64,000 nt of DNA. Source: Mobula hypostoma. Lineage: Eukaryota. The translations under genes and the position numbers were made by a program. The notes beneath the pieces were generated by a model. It made no database searches. It worked only from the letters and a program-made list of their open reading frames with translations, and had not been told where the DNA came from. The stretch lies in NCBI RefSeq assembly GCF_963921235.1, contig NC_086097.1:85004001-85068000 (forward strand). Direction: 5' to 3'. Below, in pieces: positions 12,990 to 24,339 of the stretch. The stretch's first letter is position 1, and each line of letters opens with the position of its first letter.

Positions 12990-13185
12990 TTGATGTCACC
13001 ACTTGATGATGTCACCATTTTAATTGATGTCATCCCTTTGATGTGGTGATATCACCTCTTCATTTCACTTTGATGTGATGATGTAATCACTTCAATTGCA
13101 AGGTGATGTCACCACTGATGTGATGATGTCACCTCTTCACTGATGTGATGATGTTATCACTTCAACTGCAAGATGATGTCACCAC
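12990..13185. repeat. Degenerate GATGTCAC-based low-complexity tandem array
   Basis: Repeated tgatgtcacc/gatgtgatgatgt units, bracketed by ccacttgataggcaccc at about 12920 and 13182. Confidence 0.75.
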
Positions 13186-14004
13186 TTGATAGGCACCCCA
13201 TGTAACATCTTGAGCACTCATCTCTTACAGCATTGTCCCAGGAAGGATGTGTACCGTATACAGTTTGCACTGCAACATCACCTACAGGCTTCTCCCAAAT
13301 TACCTAAAAGGACAAGGATAGGGTATATAGGAGATTGCAGTTACCTGCAAGTCCCCTCCAAGTCACATATCATCCTGGCTCTGATGTTCATAACACCAGT
13401 TAAGAGCAGGAATTGGGCATTTGGCCCCTCAAGTCTTCTCTGCCATTTAATAAGATCATGGCTGTCGTGATTGTAATCCCAACTCTACCTTTCCAACTAC
13501 CTCTTCATCCCTTTGCTTATCTGAAATCTATTTAACACTGATTTAAAAAATTCAAAGAGTTTGCTTTTACTGCTCTTTCAGGAAGAAAGTTCAAAGACTC
13601 TCATAGCAAAATATACAACTTATCTGTGTCTTAAATGAGTGCTCTGTTAAGCAAGGATCTGGGAAGGATCTGTATTTGTTGATTCTTCCAGAAGAGGAAA
13701 TATCTCAGCATATCCATGTTGTAAGGACAACCCCCTCTCCCCACTAAGTTTCCTCTCACAGTTTTCATCTCTAGCAGAGTTCCTTCTTCGTCACTGGGTC
13801 ATCAACCTAGAAAGCCTGCTCGAAGAGCATTGTAGAGTCCCTTCAGCATATGCACTGCTGTTCCAAGAAGTGGCACACCACCTTCTCTCCAAAGACAGTC
13901 ATGTCTAGACAATAAACACAAGCCTTGTCAGTCACACAATCTTGTGAATCATTAAAATAAACATTTATACTTTATATTTTATACTTTATACCTAAAAGTA
14001 TAAA

Positions 14005-14025
14005 CCTAACCCTAACCCTAACCCT
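14005..14025 (-). repeat. Short interstitial telomeric-type repeat, about 3.5 x TTAGGG
   Basis: cctaaccctaaccctaaccct. Confidence 0.7.
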
Positions 14026-15389
14026 AGTCATACATTTAAGCATGATTTCTGCTCTAACTTGTACATCGATACATGTACATCTACATGTATGCTAGACTCC
14101 ATATTTTTAAATCGTTATTTGGCAATTTAGAATCATTACTTGAAGGATTAGTATTTGATTAAAAACATTTATTAATGCAGATAAGCCTATTTTCAGATAC
14201 ACTGAGATACCACTTTTATGAGTAGATATTTCTTTAGTATGTAAACTTTTAAAAAATGAAATGTGCTTGTAATGATGTCAGTGGATCCAAATATTAGAAG
14301 TACAATACACAGGCTGTGTTCTTCATGTATGTTTACCATAAACGCCCAAGGATGGATTTTTACCTTTGCATTCATTGTGCTAGTTTGTGGCAGGTTTGTG
14401 GATGATGCAAATAAGCTTAAGCAAACCATTTTCAAAGTGGGCATAATAAAGCCTTCCTTCATGGCAGCATCAGCAAATCTACTGTTCAACATAGCAGCTC
14501 TTCACATTGTATTTCTTCTTCTGAACGTCAAAAGGAATGTTAAAACAGCGCTCTGGGGTTCAAGGTTAAAGGATGCAAAGGGATTTATCAAAAAAATGGA
14601 AGCCTTTGAGTTTCTGTTCAGACTGAAAGCTGGTAAGAATCTGCTTTAAATAATTGGCAGGTAAGGACAGTAAGTTCTCTTTCCTATTTCCTCAAGGACA
14701 GGTTCACCAATTAGATTTTTTTATGACAGCCTGACAGCTTCGTTGTCACTTTTACCATTGTCAGCCTTTTACTTCTGGACATTTTATAAACCTCAGTGGT
14801 AAGATTTAACTGGCATTTTCTGTTAGCCCAAAATTTGGTTTACTGTTTGCAATTTTCTCTGTGATGTTTCCTTGCGATCAAAGATAACTAGCATTCATTC
14901 CAGTCTGAGGTGACTGACAAGGCCAATGTGGATCCACAAGATTTTTTCACATGTAGGCAGAGGATGCTTGACAGTAAAGCTGGGTGGGTAGTGTATAAGG
15001 GGATCTGTTCCTTCCACCATTTATACTGTTCTTCTGTTTGGTCCTGCTACCTGAGGCTCACAGTACCATCCCATAGCCTGGAGAGAATGGGGATGTTTTC
15101 ATTAGTACAAACTTTGTAGAAGAGTCCAGGAGCTGAGGGCACAGCCTCAGAATTGAGAGATATTCCTTTAGAATTGAGATGAGGAGGAATTTCTTCAGCT
15201 AGAGGATGGTGAATCGGTGGAAAACATTGCCAGAGAAAGCTGTGGAGGCCGAGTCAATTAGTGTATTTAAGGCAGAGATTGCTATGTTCTGGCTTGGAAA
15301 GAAGGTTAAGGGTTACAGGCAGGAGAACATTGTAAAAAACTTCCCGATTAAAGGTCTCAGCCTGAAACATCAACTGTTTATTCATTTCC

Positions 15390-17155
15390 TTTCTTTTCAA
15401 ATCTTTTATTATTATCCAAAATTAACAAGAGTACATCGAAGTAGGCAACACTTACAATGTCTCAAGAAAAAAAAAACATTGTTTCAAAGATTGAAAAAAT
15501 TTTGGTGGAGAATTAACACAAGTAAAGGGAAAGATTTGGGAAAGGGATAAAAAAAAAGAAAAAATTAAGTAAATAAGTACATAGGGATTGGATAATTATG
15601 TCTGCGGGCAGGAACAAGCACGAACAAATTGGGATATAAACACCTACAATGGTTGGTATATAGGCTTGTATGCAACATTTTGGACCAGTGGAAATGGTCC
15701 AGAAGGGTTGTATGGAAACTATTATTACCATTTTTCTTAACAACTTAGCCTAATAGGTTAGATTTACCACAGTACATAATTATCTATTTAAATGTTTATT
15801 TTGCTTTTATATCATCTCAATGTGTACTTAAGAATGTATAAATAATTGTAGTTTTATACATATAAAAAAATGGAAAAGGTTATATGTGTGAAAAAAGTAC
15901 ATGATAATTGTGAACTCCTTATCCAAATAAAAATAAAATTAAAAAAAAAAGAAAAAATTTTGGTGACCAAAAAAACCCCCTACTAAGCAAGAAAAAGTAA
16001 GAAAAAAAAACCCATTCGTTCAACCCCGTAGCTATGCGTCATACAAAAGGCTTCTAAAGATAAACATCAAACCACCAGCAAGAAAAAAATATATATCAAA
16101 AATTTACAATTAGATTGTGGAGGAAATCTATCAATTAACTCAAGTGATAGTAACGAGCAAATGAACCCCATCTTTTCTCAAAATCAAACATAGGTTCAAA
16201 AGTTCAACTTCTAATTTTCTCCAAACTAAGACATAGCATCACTTGAGAGAACCATTGTGACAAAGTGGGAGCTGATGTATCCTTCCACTTCAACAAAATG
16301 GCCCTCCTAGCTATCAATGTAACAAATGCAATAACATGTTGGTCAGACAAAGAGATACTGAGGATATTTTGAGGAATTATTCCAAAAAAGCACAGTTAAT
16401 TTGTGAGGTTGTAAATTAATTTTAAGTGCTTCAGAAATTGTAGAAAAAACTGACTTCCAGAACTGTTCCAGTATAGAACAGGACCAAAACATATGTGTCA
16501 GTGTAGCTGTTTCAGTTTTACATCTAGCGCAATAACTATCAACATTAGGAAACATTTTAGACAATCTCTCCTTCATCAAATAGTAACGATGTACAATTTT
16601 AAATTGAATCAGTGAATGACTAGCACAGATCAAAGAGCTGCTTTACCTATACAGTTAGCTAAAGTTGCTAATTTAAATTGATCAAGCATTCTTTACAAAC
16701 TTGGCTCCAGTTCTGTAATTTTTTTTATCTTAAAAAATTTAAACTTTGTTGTTTAATCTATGAAAATTACTTTTTTAAGCTTTCTTTGAGTGATCCAATT
16801 TTTTTACTTTGGGAAAGTAAAGGTATTAATTATTTTCTGGATTTATTTAAAGAAGATAGACTAATGTCTTTTGAACAATTGGTTGATAAATATTCTCTTT
16901 CATACTCACACCTTTTACAATACCTTCAAGTTTGACATTTCTTACAAAAATATTTAAGTAATTTTCCTTGCACATTGGATGCCAACCTGTTAGATACTAT
17001 TATGAGTACGAACCTTTTGATAAAGGGTTCCATCGGAAGAATTTATAATTTACTATTACAATGGGATAAGCGTCCTTTATTTAAGATTAAACAAGATTGG
17101 GGAAAGGAACTTAATTTGACTTTTATGACGGAAGACTGGACGCGGATTCTGAAGT
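15390..17155 (-). mobile_element. L1-clade LINE with 5' inversion (twin priming); inverted segment about 16639-17155 on the + strand
   Basis: 15-bp TSD tgtttattcatttcc at 15375-15389 and 17156-17170. Minus part has ICASHSLIQFKIVHRYY...CARCK...THMFWSCS (ORF2 cysteine-rich region). Plus part has WESKGI...LMSFEQL...YLQV...DWGKEL...DWTRILKL. Confidence 0.9.
15508..15950 (+). mobile_element. Young L1 3'-UTR insertion with poly(A) tail
   Basis: 15-bp TSD gaaaaaattttggtg at 15493-15507 and 15951-15965. AATAAA and A-tail. Near-identical to 22685-23135. Confidence 0.9.
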
Positions 17156-17304
17156 TGTTTATTCATTTCCATTGATGCTGCCAGACCTGCTGAGTTCCTC
17201 CAGCATCTTGTGCCTATTGTTCTGGATTTCCAGCATCTGCAGAATCTCTTGCTTTTTTGAAAAAAAAATCAGCCATGATTGAATGATGGACCAGCCAGAT
17301 CAGA

Positions 17305-18145
17305 TTGGTAATAACATCTCCTCCACAATCTCCATCAGCACAGGTGTACCTCAAGGTTGTGTGCTTAGCCCCCGTGCTCTACCTGCTTTACACTTATGAC
17401 TGTGTGACTAAGCACAGCTCCAGTGCCATATTTAAATTTGCAGATGAAAATCCTACAAAAAGTAATGAATGCAGCCTAGTCCATTGCAAGTACAGTAAAG
17501 CCCTTCCCACCACTGAGCAAATCTACACGGAGTGTTGTTGCAGGAAAACAGCATCCATCATTGGGGCCCCCGCTACCCAGCTATGCTCTCATCTCTCTGC
17601 TGCCATCAGGAAGAAGGTACGGGAGCCTCAGGTCTCACACCACCAGGTTCAGGAACAGTTATTACCCCTCAACCATCAGGCTAGTGAACCAGAGGAGATA
17701 ACTTCTCTCAACTTCACTTGCCCCATCACTGAACTGTCCCCACAAACTATGGAGTCACTTTCTAGGACTCTTCATCTCATGTCCTTGATATTTGTTGCTT
17801 ATTTATTTATTTATTATTATTATTACTACTGTATTTTTTATTTTTTCTCAGCTCAAGCTGGTAAAACCTGAGGTACAGGCATAGCGAAAAACACTCATTT
17901 CCCAGTTGCTAGGAATTTTCAGACTGTTCTAGTGCTGTTATTATTATTATTTATTTTTTCCCTTTCTTTTTGTATTTGCACAGTTTATTATCTTTTACAC
18001 ACTGGTTGTCCATCCTGTTGGTACGTTCTTTCATTGATTCTATTATGGTTGTTGGATATATGGAGTATGCCCGCAAGAAAATGAATCTTAGGGTTGTATA
18101 TAGTGAAATACAATATATGTACTTTGATAATGAATTCACTTTGAA
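17305..18145 (+). mobile_element. Deleted Rex1/Babar LINE remnants
   Basis: agcacaggtgtacctcaaggttgtgtgcttagccc ([12 protein letters not shown]), FKFADE and caccaccaggttcaggaacagttattacccc; ...actttgaactt tail. Confidence 0.75.
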
Positions 18146-18759
18146 CTTATGGAAATTGTATAAAATGCTCATGTTCTACCATGGATCAATGAAGAAGCAA
18201 TCGATGACTTGGGCCTCGGCTTCAAAGTGTACGCAGACACAAGGTTGTGGTGACTTTGACTGGAGTGGAGATGCGGTACTTCCAAAGTTTTCCATTAAAT
18301 CCCAGGATCAGTTCCATTGGGAAGTTTGGTGGACATAAGATACAGTTTGCAATGAGGAACATTAAGGAAAATTGATGGGCCTGTGATAAGGCATTGCTTG
18401 ACACTAGTGTTTTGTGAGTCTGGTCTTGTAACAATCACATTGATTAAGATTATGGCTTGTGTACCAATGTAAGATGGAGGCAAGCTTCTACAGACAGTTG
18501 TTTTCAAGGAGCTTCCCTCGAGAGACCCTCAAGCCAAAGCTTTTGGTGACATCAAGAATGGTTGTTGTTGCTGCTCTCTGCGCCCGTGTAGAAGTACTTG
18601 CTCAGTAAAGGTCATGTCCACAGTCCCTGGAGATGGACACTGTGATTTGGGTAAGTCACTGGGTGGAAACGGTTGGGCAAGGCCCCAGCAATGACTATTC
18701 ATAATTAATCTGAATCTGAATCTGAATGCTGAAAATAAAATCAGCTCATGTGAACCTGG

Positions 18760-19203
18760 TGGTCAAAGGCCAGAGTTCAAAGTCCCGCGGTCAGCGAGTC
18801 CTGGGGCGAACCCCAGAGGTCGAAGACCGGAGACGGTGAGTCCAGATGGCGAGGCCCGACAGTTGGCGTTGTTGGAAGTTGGGATTGGAGGTTGGAGGTC
18901 CAACGTGGCAAGAGTCTGAGAGTCTGGGGCCAAGGCCTGGAGGTCAGAGCCCTGGAGGTGGCCTGTCCTGGGGTTAGAGGCCAGTCTGTCTGAGTGAGGG
19001 GGTGGGAAAGGGATTTGTTTTGTTGTTGTTGCTTGTGTTGTTCTGCTGAACATTGTGGGGCATGCTCGGTTGGTGCTGGAACACGTGGCGACACTTGCTG
19101 GCTGCCCCCAGCACATCCTTAAGCTGTGTTGATTATTAATGCATACAACACATTTCATTGTATGTCTCAATGTACATGAGATAAATAAATGAATCTGAAT
19201 CTG
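18760..19203 (+). mobile_element. Non-autonomous retroelement/SINE-like repeat with (aatctg)n tail
   Basis: GC-rich body, then tgtacatgagataaataaatgaatctgaatctg. A similar (aatctg)n tail lies at 18707-18727. Confidence 0.5.
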
Positions 19204-19774
19204 TATAAGACTAAACATGCCTTATTAGAAGTTATATAAGTCCCTCCATCCAGGAGAGGCTGCAGAGTACCCTCAAAATAATGGAGGATAAAAAGCAGGG
19301 ATACATTTCTTTACCTGAAGTGTACTGATCTTTTGGATCTCTCTCCCCAGAGTGCTGTGAGGGTTCCAACATTGACTGATAGATTTCAGGATACTAAAGG
19401 AAACAGGGATATGGAGATAAATCAGTTTTTTTTTGATGTGGAAGATCAGCAATGTTCTTGTTGGGTAGCAGAGCAGGCTTGAAGGGGCCTCATGGCTCAC
19501 TACTGCTTTTCCTTTCTCGTTTTCTGATGTAACCATCTTAAGGTCCTTCAGAGCTTGCATAAAAAACACACGCATTTTCTCCAGCAAAGTACGTTAAATA
19601 GGAGGGTCGTAATATAATACAAATCATGTACATGAATCAGTTCCAGTTAGTTATGACTGTCCCATCTTTTTACATGATTGACGGGAGAACTATCTAGCCA
19701 TCCCCAATAGAGTTGTTGCCATCTGTAGCCACCAGGGCTTCCATTTCCACTGTGATTTTCATAACAATCTGTCT

Positions 19775-20070
19775 TTAGTTATTTGTTTATTTGTTTGTGT
19801 GTTTGTTTATTGAGATACAGTGCAGAATAGACCCTTCGAGCTGCATCACCCAGCCACCCCAATTTAACTCTAGCCTAATCAAGGGACAATTTAAAATGAT
19901 CAACCGATATATCTTTGGAATGTGAGAAGAAACCAGAACGCTTGGAGGAAATCCACGCAGTCACGGGGAGAACACACTAACCCCTTACAGACAGCAGTGG
20001 AATGAACCTTGGTTACTGGTACTGTAAAGCATTGTGTTAACCACTACTCTACTACTAACTATGCTACCAT
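19775..20070 (-). mobile_element. V-SINE (HE1-like)
   Basis: Reverse V-domain tctttggaatgtgagaagaaaccagaacgcttggaggaaatccacgcagtcacggggagaac; (tttg/ttta)n tail. Confidence 0.8.
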
Positions 20071-20223
20071 GCTCTTAGTCTTTCCAATGGCCAGTTCATG
20101 TACACTAGACTAGAATTGTGATCTTTACTAATGGAATGGTTATGATCTTTTGAGAGGCTAACATAAAAGTGAGGTTTTACCATGTGTATATTTGGTCAGC
20201 TTACTTGCACTGTTTTAGATGTA

Positions 20224-20525
20224 TAGGCATCCGTTAGTCTCGTGAGACCATGGATTTGCACCTTGGAAGGTTTCCAGGGCACAGGCCTGGGCAAGATTGT
20301 ATGGAAGACCAGCAGTTGCCCATGCTGCAAGTCTCTCCTCTCCATGCCACCGATGTTGTCCAAGGGAAGGGCACTAGGGCCGATACAGCTTGGCACCGGT
20401 GTCGTCGCAGAGAAATATGTGGTTAAGTGCCTTGCTCAGGGACACACACACTGCCACAGCCAAGGTTCGAATTAGCAACCATCAAATCGCTAATGCCTTA
20501 ACCACTTGGTCACGCGCCAACACGC
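20224..20525 (-). mobile_element. tRNA-headed SINE with RTE-type tail
   Basis: 10-bp TSD tttagatgta at 20214-20223 and 20526-20535. A/B-box head at the right end. Homologous to 55627-55923. Confidence 0.88.
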
Positions 20526-20684
20526 TTTAGATGTAAGCTTAGGTAAACCTTCAAAGTAGATAGAAGAAGATTGTCCATGTTAAGTTTATGAGGGTTTTCT
20601 CATTGAGGAGCTTATCCCAATAGGTGCAGGACAGTGGTTGAAAGTGCCATTCTGTAGCAGCAGTGTGGACAGATTGCATCATAG

Positions 20685-20822
20685 CAGCACACACAAAATG
20701 CTGCAGGAACTCAGCAGGCCAGGCAGCATTCATGGAAAAAAGTGCAGTCAATGTTTCGGGCCAAAACTCTTCACCAGTCATGTGTGGCTCGGATTTCCAG
20801 CATCTGCAGATTTTCTCTTACT
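20685..20822. mobile_element. Penelope-like terminal remnant in inverted arrangement
   Basis: acacaaaatgctgcaggaactcagcaggccaggcagcat...gtttcgggccaaaactcttcaccag followed by gatttccagcatctgcaga. Confidence 0.7.
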
Positions 20823-21192
20823 TGAGATAGCATCGTTTCTGATGTGTTATTGCAACTGTATTGCAATGCATTGCAATTTCAATTGCCTTCATATTTAACA
20901 GTAAAAATGAACAATCATCAAGGAAAAGTAAATCTCGGCCAAGTTAGCCAGGGCTTGCTTATTTTAAGTTTTTTTTAATAAGGATATTTTTACGGATTAT
21001 CATCTGGTCTAATAGAATGGTTACTTTTCTGAATGGTGAAATCCCAGTAGGAGGCAAGAGGACTACTTTCAAACTGTGGGAGCATCTTGCAGTGAAGTGT
21101 TCGGATGCTTAGTTTAGAAACTGGTTGACAGGTCCAAGAGTTGTTCTTGGAGTGATTATTGGAGCCCTGCCTGAGGGACAGCTGGCTGCTTC

Positions 21193-23612
21193 TGTTGGGT
21201 TCTTTATACGTACAGTGGTTACTCATAAAGACACATATTCTGGAAGGACATAACTAGAACTTTTATTTAACAGCAAACAGCAACCACGTCTAACATAACA
21301 AGCTTCTCGATCATTCTGTCAGTTCTGCGCATGCTCCGAACTCTGTCACGTGACACATGATATCACCACACCTTCCTTTCCTCAAAAAGAATAACAATTA
21401 GCAACACTAATCAAAACAAATGCATAATTTAACCCATGTCTCTATCAGTCTCTCTGGGGTTTATGAACATGAGTAGACCTTCTAAGTGGTTCACACAGTT
21501 CTTGTGTTTTGTTGTTATTCTCATGTTTTGTCTGGTCTGCATCAGTTAACTGAAACTCTGAAGTTGGCGCTTTCATGAGGACTTTGCGATTTCTTCTTAA
21601 CACTGCTCCTTCTTCTGTTTGGACCATGTATGATCTGTGTTGGACTTCTTCAAGTACTGTAGCTTTCTGTGTCCATGTGTTCATTTTGTCTTGTATCCTT
21701 ATTTTATCTCCTTGTCCTTCAGACAAACATCTCCTTAGATCAGTCAGTTCACGTTCCACTGCTTCCTTATACTGTGCCCACTGTGCGCGTTCTTGCTCTA
21801 GATGGTGATGAAACTGAATCTCATATTCTCTGTGTCTCTTTCATTATCGCTGGCACTGAAGCACCCTGCTCCTGCCATTGCTTTTTCACTTGTTTTATTT
21901 TCTTTCTACTTCCTCAACAGCGTGAAAAATGATTAATCTTACCACAGTTGTTGCACACTTTCCGATACACTGGACACATCTTAGGTCGGGGCTGCCACCC
22001 ACAGCGATCACAAAGTTTTTTTCTTTCAAATGACGTCTTGCTCTCTGTTGGTTTTGTAGTCGCTTCATTATTGTTTCTAGCATGTTTGCTGTTATTCACA
22101 GCGTGTATGCTGCAGTTCTCAATAAACAGCTCTTTAGCCTGCGACTTTACGGTTTCTGAAGCTTTGCAGAGAATCAAAGCTTTTTCCAAATTTACGTCTG
22201 GTTCTCTTAAGAGTCTCTCTCAGAGCATTGTCCAGAATGCCGCAAACAACTCTGTCTTTAACGAGAGAGTCCATCGGCTCTACAAACTCGCATGTTTTAC
22301 TGTGGTTTCTCCATTCTCAAAAGTAAAATGGTTATATACCTTTTCCTTGAACAGAAGGAAGATATAAAGTTGCTGCAGGCCCTCTTAGCGGCAAGTAAGA
22401 AATCAATCACTAGAAAATGGCTAAATCCAATACCACCTACATTAGAAGATTGGTACGAAATTATCTTGGAAATATTTAAAATGGAAAAGTTGACCTACTC
22501 CCTGAGAACTCAAAAAGAAACATTTTATCAAATCTGGAATAAATGGATTGAATATATAACCCCAATGCGAGCAGACTTTAGATGACTCTCCTAATGATTT
22601 ATATTGCTCTTCTCATCAACACAGTAATATTGCTAACGTAAGCACCCCTAGTCTAAATGTTAGTTGTTTTTTTTTGGAAAATAGAGAATTATCACAAGTA
22701 AAGGGAAAGATTTGGGAAAGGGATAAAAAAAAATGAAAAAATTAAGTAAATAAGTACATAGGGATTGGATAATTATGTCTGCGGGCAGGAACAAGCACGA
22801 ACAAATTGGGATATAAACACCTACAATGGTTGGTATATAGGCTTGTATGCAACATTTTGGACCAGTGGAAATGGTCCAGAAGGGTTGTATGGAAACTATT
22901 ATTACCATTTTTCTTAACAACTAATTTCATTACTTAGCCTAATAGGTTAGATTTACCACAGTACATAATTATCTATTTAAATGTTTATTTTGCTTTTATA
23001 TCATCTCAATGTGTACTTAAGAATGTATAAATAATTGTAGTTTTATACATATAAAAAAATGGAAAAGGTTATATGTGTGAAAAAGTACATGATAATTGTG
23101 AACTCCTTATCCAAATAAAAATAATTTTTTTTAAAAAAATGGTTATATACCTCAAATGCATCATCCCCAATCACGTGGAGTAGAATTGCAGCTTTCGTTT
23201 TTTCCATTTTATTTTCTGCTCCAATTGCCGATAAATAAGTCTCAAAACGCTGTTTGAATTTTTTCCAGTTTTCAGCTACATTTCCAGTCAGCTGAAGCAT
23301 CGGTGGGGGTTGCAAAACTTCAATTTTTAAAGCTGTTAGCAAACAACGAAAAAGTTTGCGCTCTTTTTTCGATTATCTTCACTTCTCCTGTGTTAGCGAA
23401 ATGAATTATTCTTCCAGACCGACTTCTGACACCATGTTGTGTTCTTTATACATACCGTGGGTTACTCATAAAGACACATATTCTGGAAGAACATAACTAG
23501 AACTTTTATTTAACAGCAAACGGCAACCACATCTAACATGCAAGCTTCTCGACCATTCTGTCAGTTCTGCGCATGCTCCGAAGTCTGTCACGTGACACGT
23601 GATATCACCACA
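21193..23612 (-). mobile_element. Internally deleted Gypsy (Ty3) LTR retrotransposon: 5' LTR 23435-23612, 3' LTR 21193-21370
   Basis: Two 178-bp TG...CA direct repeats; TSD gcttc/acttc. PBS TGGTGTCAGAAGT (23422-23434, complementary to a tRNA-Leu 3' end) and PPT gaggaaaggaagg next to the 3' LTR. Gag (LTGNVAENWKKFKQRFETYL; DRVVCGILDNALRERLLRE; CNNCGKINHFSRC) and integrase tail (HRSYMVQTEEGAVLRRNRK). Confidence 0.93.
22342..23135 (+). mobile_element. 5'-truncated L1 inserted into Gypsy gag
   Basis: 17-bp TSD aaaatggttatatacct at 22325-22341 and 23136-23152. ORF2 C-terminus LLAASKKSITRKWLNPIPPTLEDW...MEKLTY...WNKW, then 3' UTR and AATAAA. Confidence 0.92.
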
Positions 23613-23949
23613 ACTTCATACCAGGTATCTGTTTACATAAAGAAAGTATGACCATATCTGGGACCAACCTTAAAAAAGTACTGCTTGGGCCAATCAAAAC
23701 AAAAGACACAGCATGTGAAATATTTCCAACACAGCACAGGACATCAACATGTTTCTTTTATTAAGGCAAAGCATAGTGGTTAGCACAATGCTTTACGGGA
23801 CCAGCAACCCAGGTTCAATTCCTGCTGCTGCCTGTAAGGAGTTTGTACATTCTCCCCGTGACCGGGTGGGTTTCCTCCGGGTGCTCTGGTTTCCTCCCAC
23901 AGTCCCAAGATTGTGTTGGTAGGTTAAATGATCATTGAAAGTTGTCCTG

Positions 23950-24188
23950 TGTTATGTGTTGTAACTTCAAAACATTAAATTAACTCAAAGACATACGAGT
24001 CTGGCAATGTAGGTGTAACTTTGTCTTACTTTAAGTGAAGTGTGCAAGTATCACGTGATGATGACGTATGCAATTAACACATCTTTGCATATAACTTGTA
24101 ATTAATTATTTAAATGAACAAGAATGCTTAATGAAGCTATATATATATAAGATTGCTCAAATATTATTGAAATAGCAAGTACACGACT
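23950..24188. mobile_element. Short solo LTR (about 240 bp)
   Basis: Starts tgttatg; homologous to 1-99; interrupts the V-SINE; degenerate 5-bp TSD (tcctg/tgccg). Confidence 0.6.
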
Positions 24189-24301
24189 TGCCGTGATTAG
24201 AATCGCAAACACGAGGAAATCTGCAGATGCTGGAAATTCAAGCAACACACATAAAATGCTGGTGAACGCAGCAGGCCAGGCATCATCTATAGGAAGAGGT
24301 A

Positions 24302-24339
24302 CAGTCGACGTTTCGGGCCAAGACCCTTTGTCAGGACTA
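24302..24339 (-). ncRNA. Minimal type I hammerhead ribozyme motif (core G8->A, probably inactive)
   Basis: tagtc CTGACAA A GGGTcttgGCCC GAAACGTC gactg: stem I tagtc/gactg, stem II and palindromic ACGT stem III. Confidence 0.7.

Larger units (their letters stand above)
9030..13390 (+). mobile_element. Old, fragmented CR1/L2-like LINE (endonuclease-linker to RT), interrupted by the solo LTR and other insertions
   Basis: 9327-9474 reads RHVLWYY*HVRWDTCRTDLQAQHWAS...HLMARNI. 12250-12950 has RT-like remnants (ggaatcaggggtaaaactc-like, gttggaggtcaatcatc, ttcctcagg, cttcatcaacaacct). Confidence 0.6.
15345..17235 (+). mobile_element. Penelope-like terminal fragment, split by the L1 insertion
   Basis: aaggtctcagcctgaaacatcaactgtttattcatttcc | L1 | tgtttattcatttccattgatgctgccagacctgctgagttcctccagc...ttccagcatctgcag. 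Confidence 0.8.
15075..17300 (+). mobile_element. CR1 3' fragment (15075-15330, resuming at about 17265) hosting nested insertions
   Basis: gagatgaggaggaatttcttcagctagaggatggtgaatcggtggaaaacattgcc (FFS.RMVNRWKTLP). The tail resumes as atcagccatgattgaatgatgg. Confidence 0.75.
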
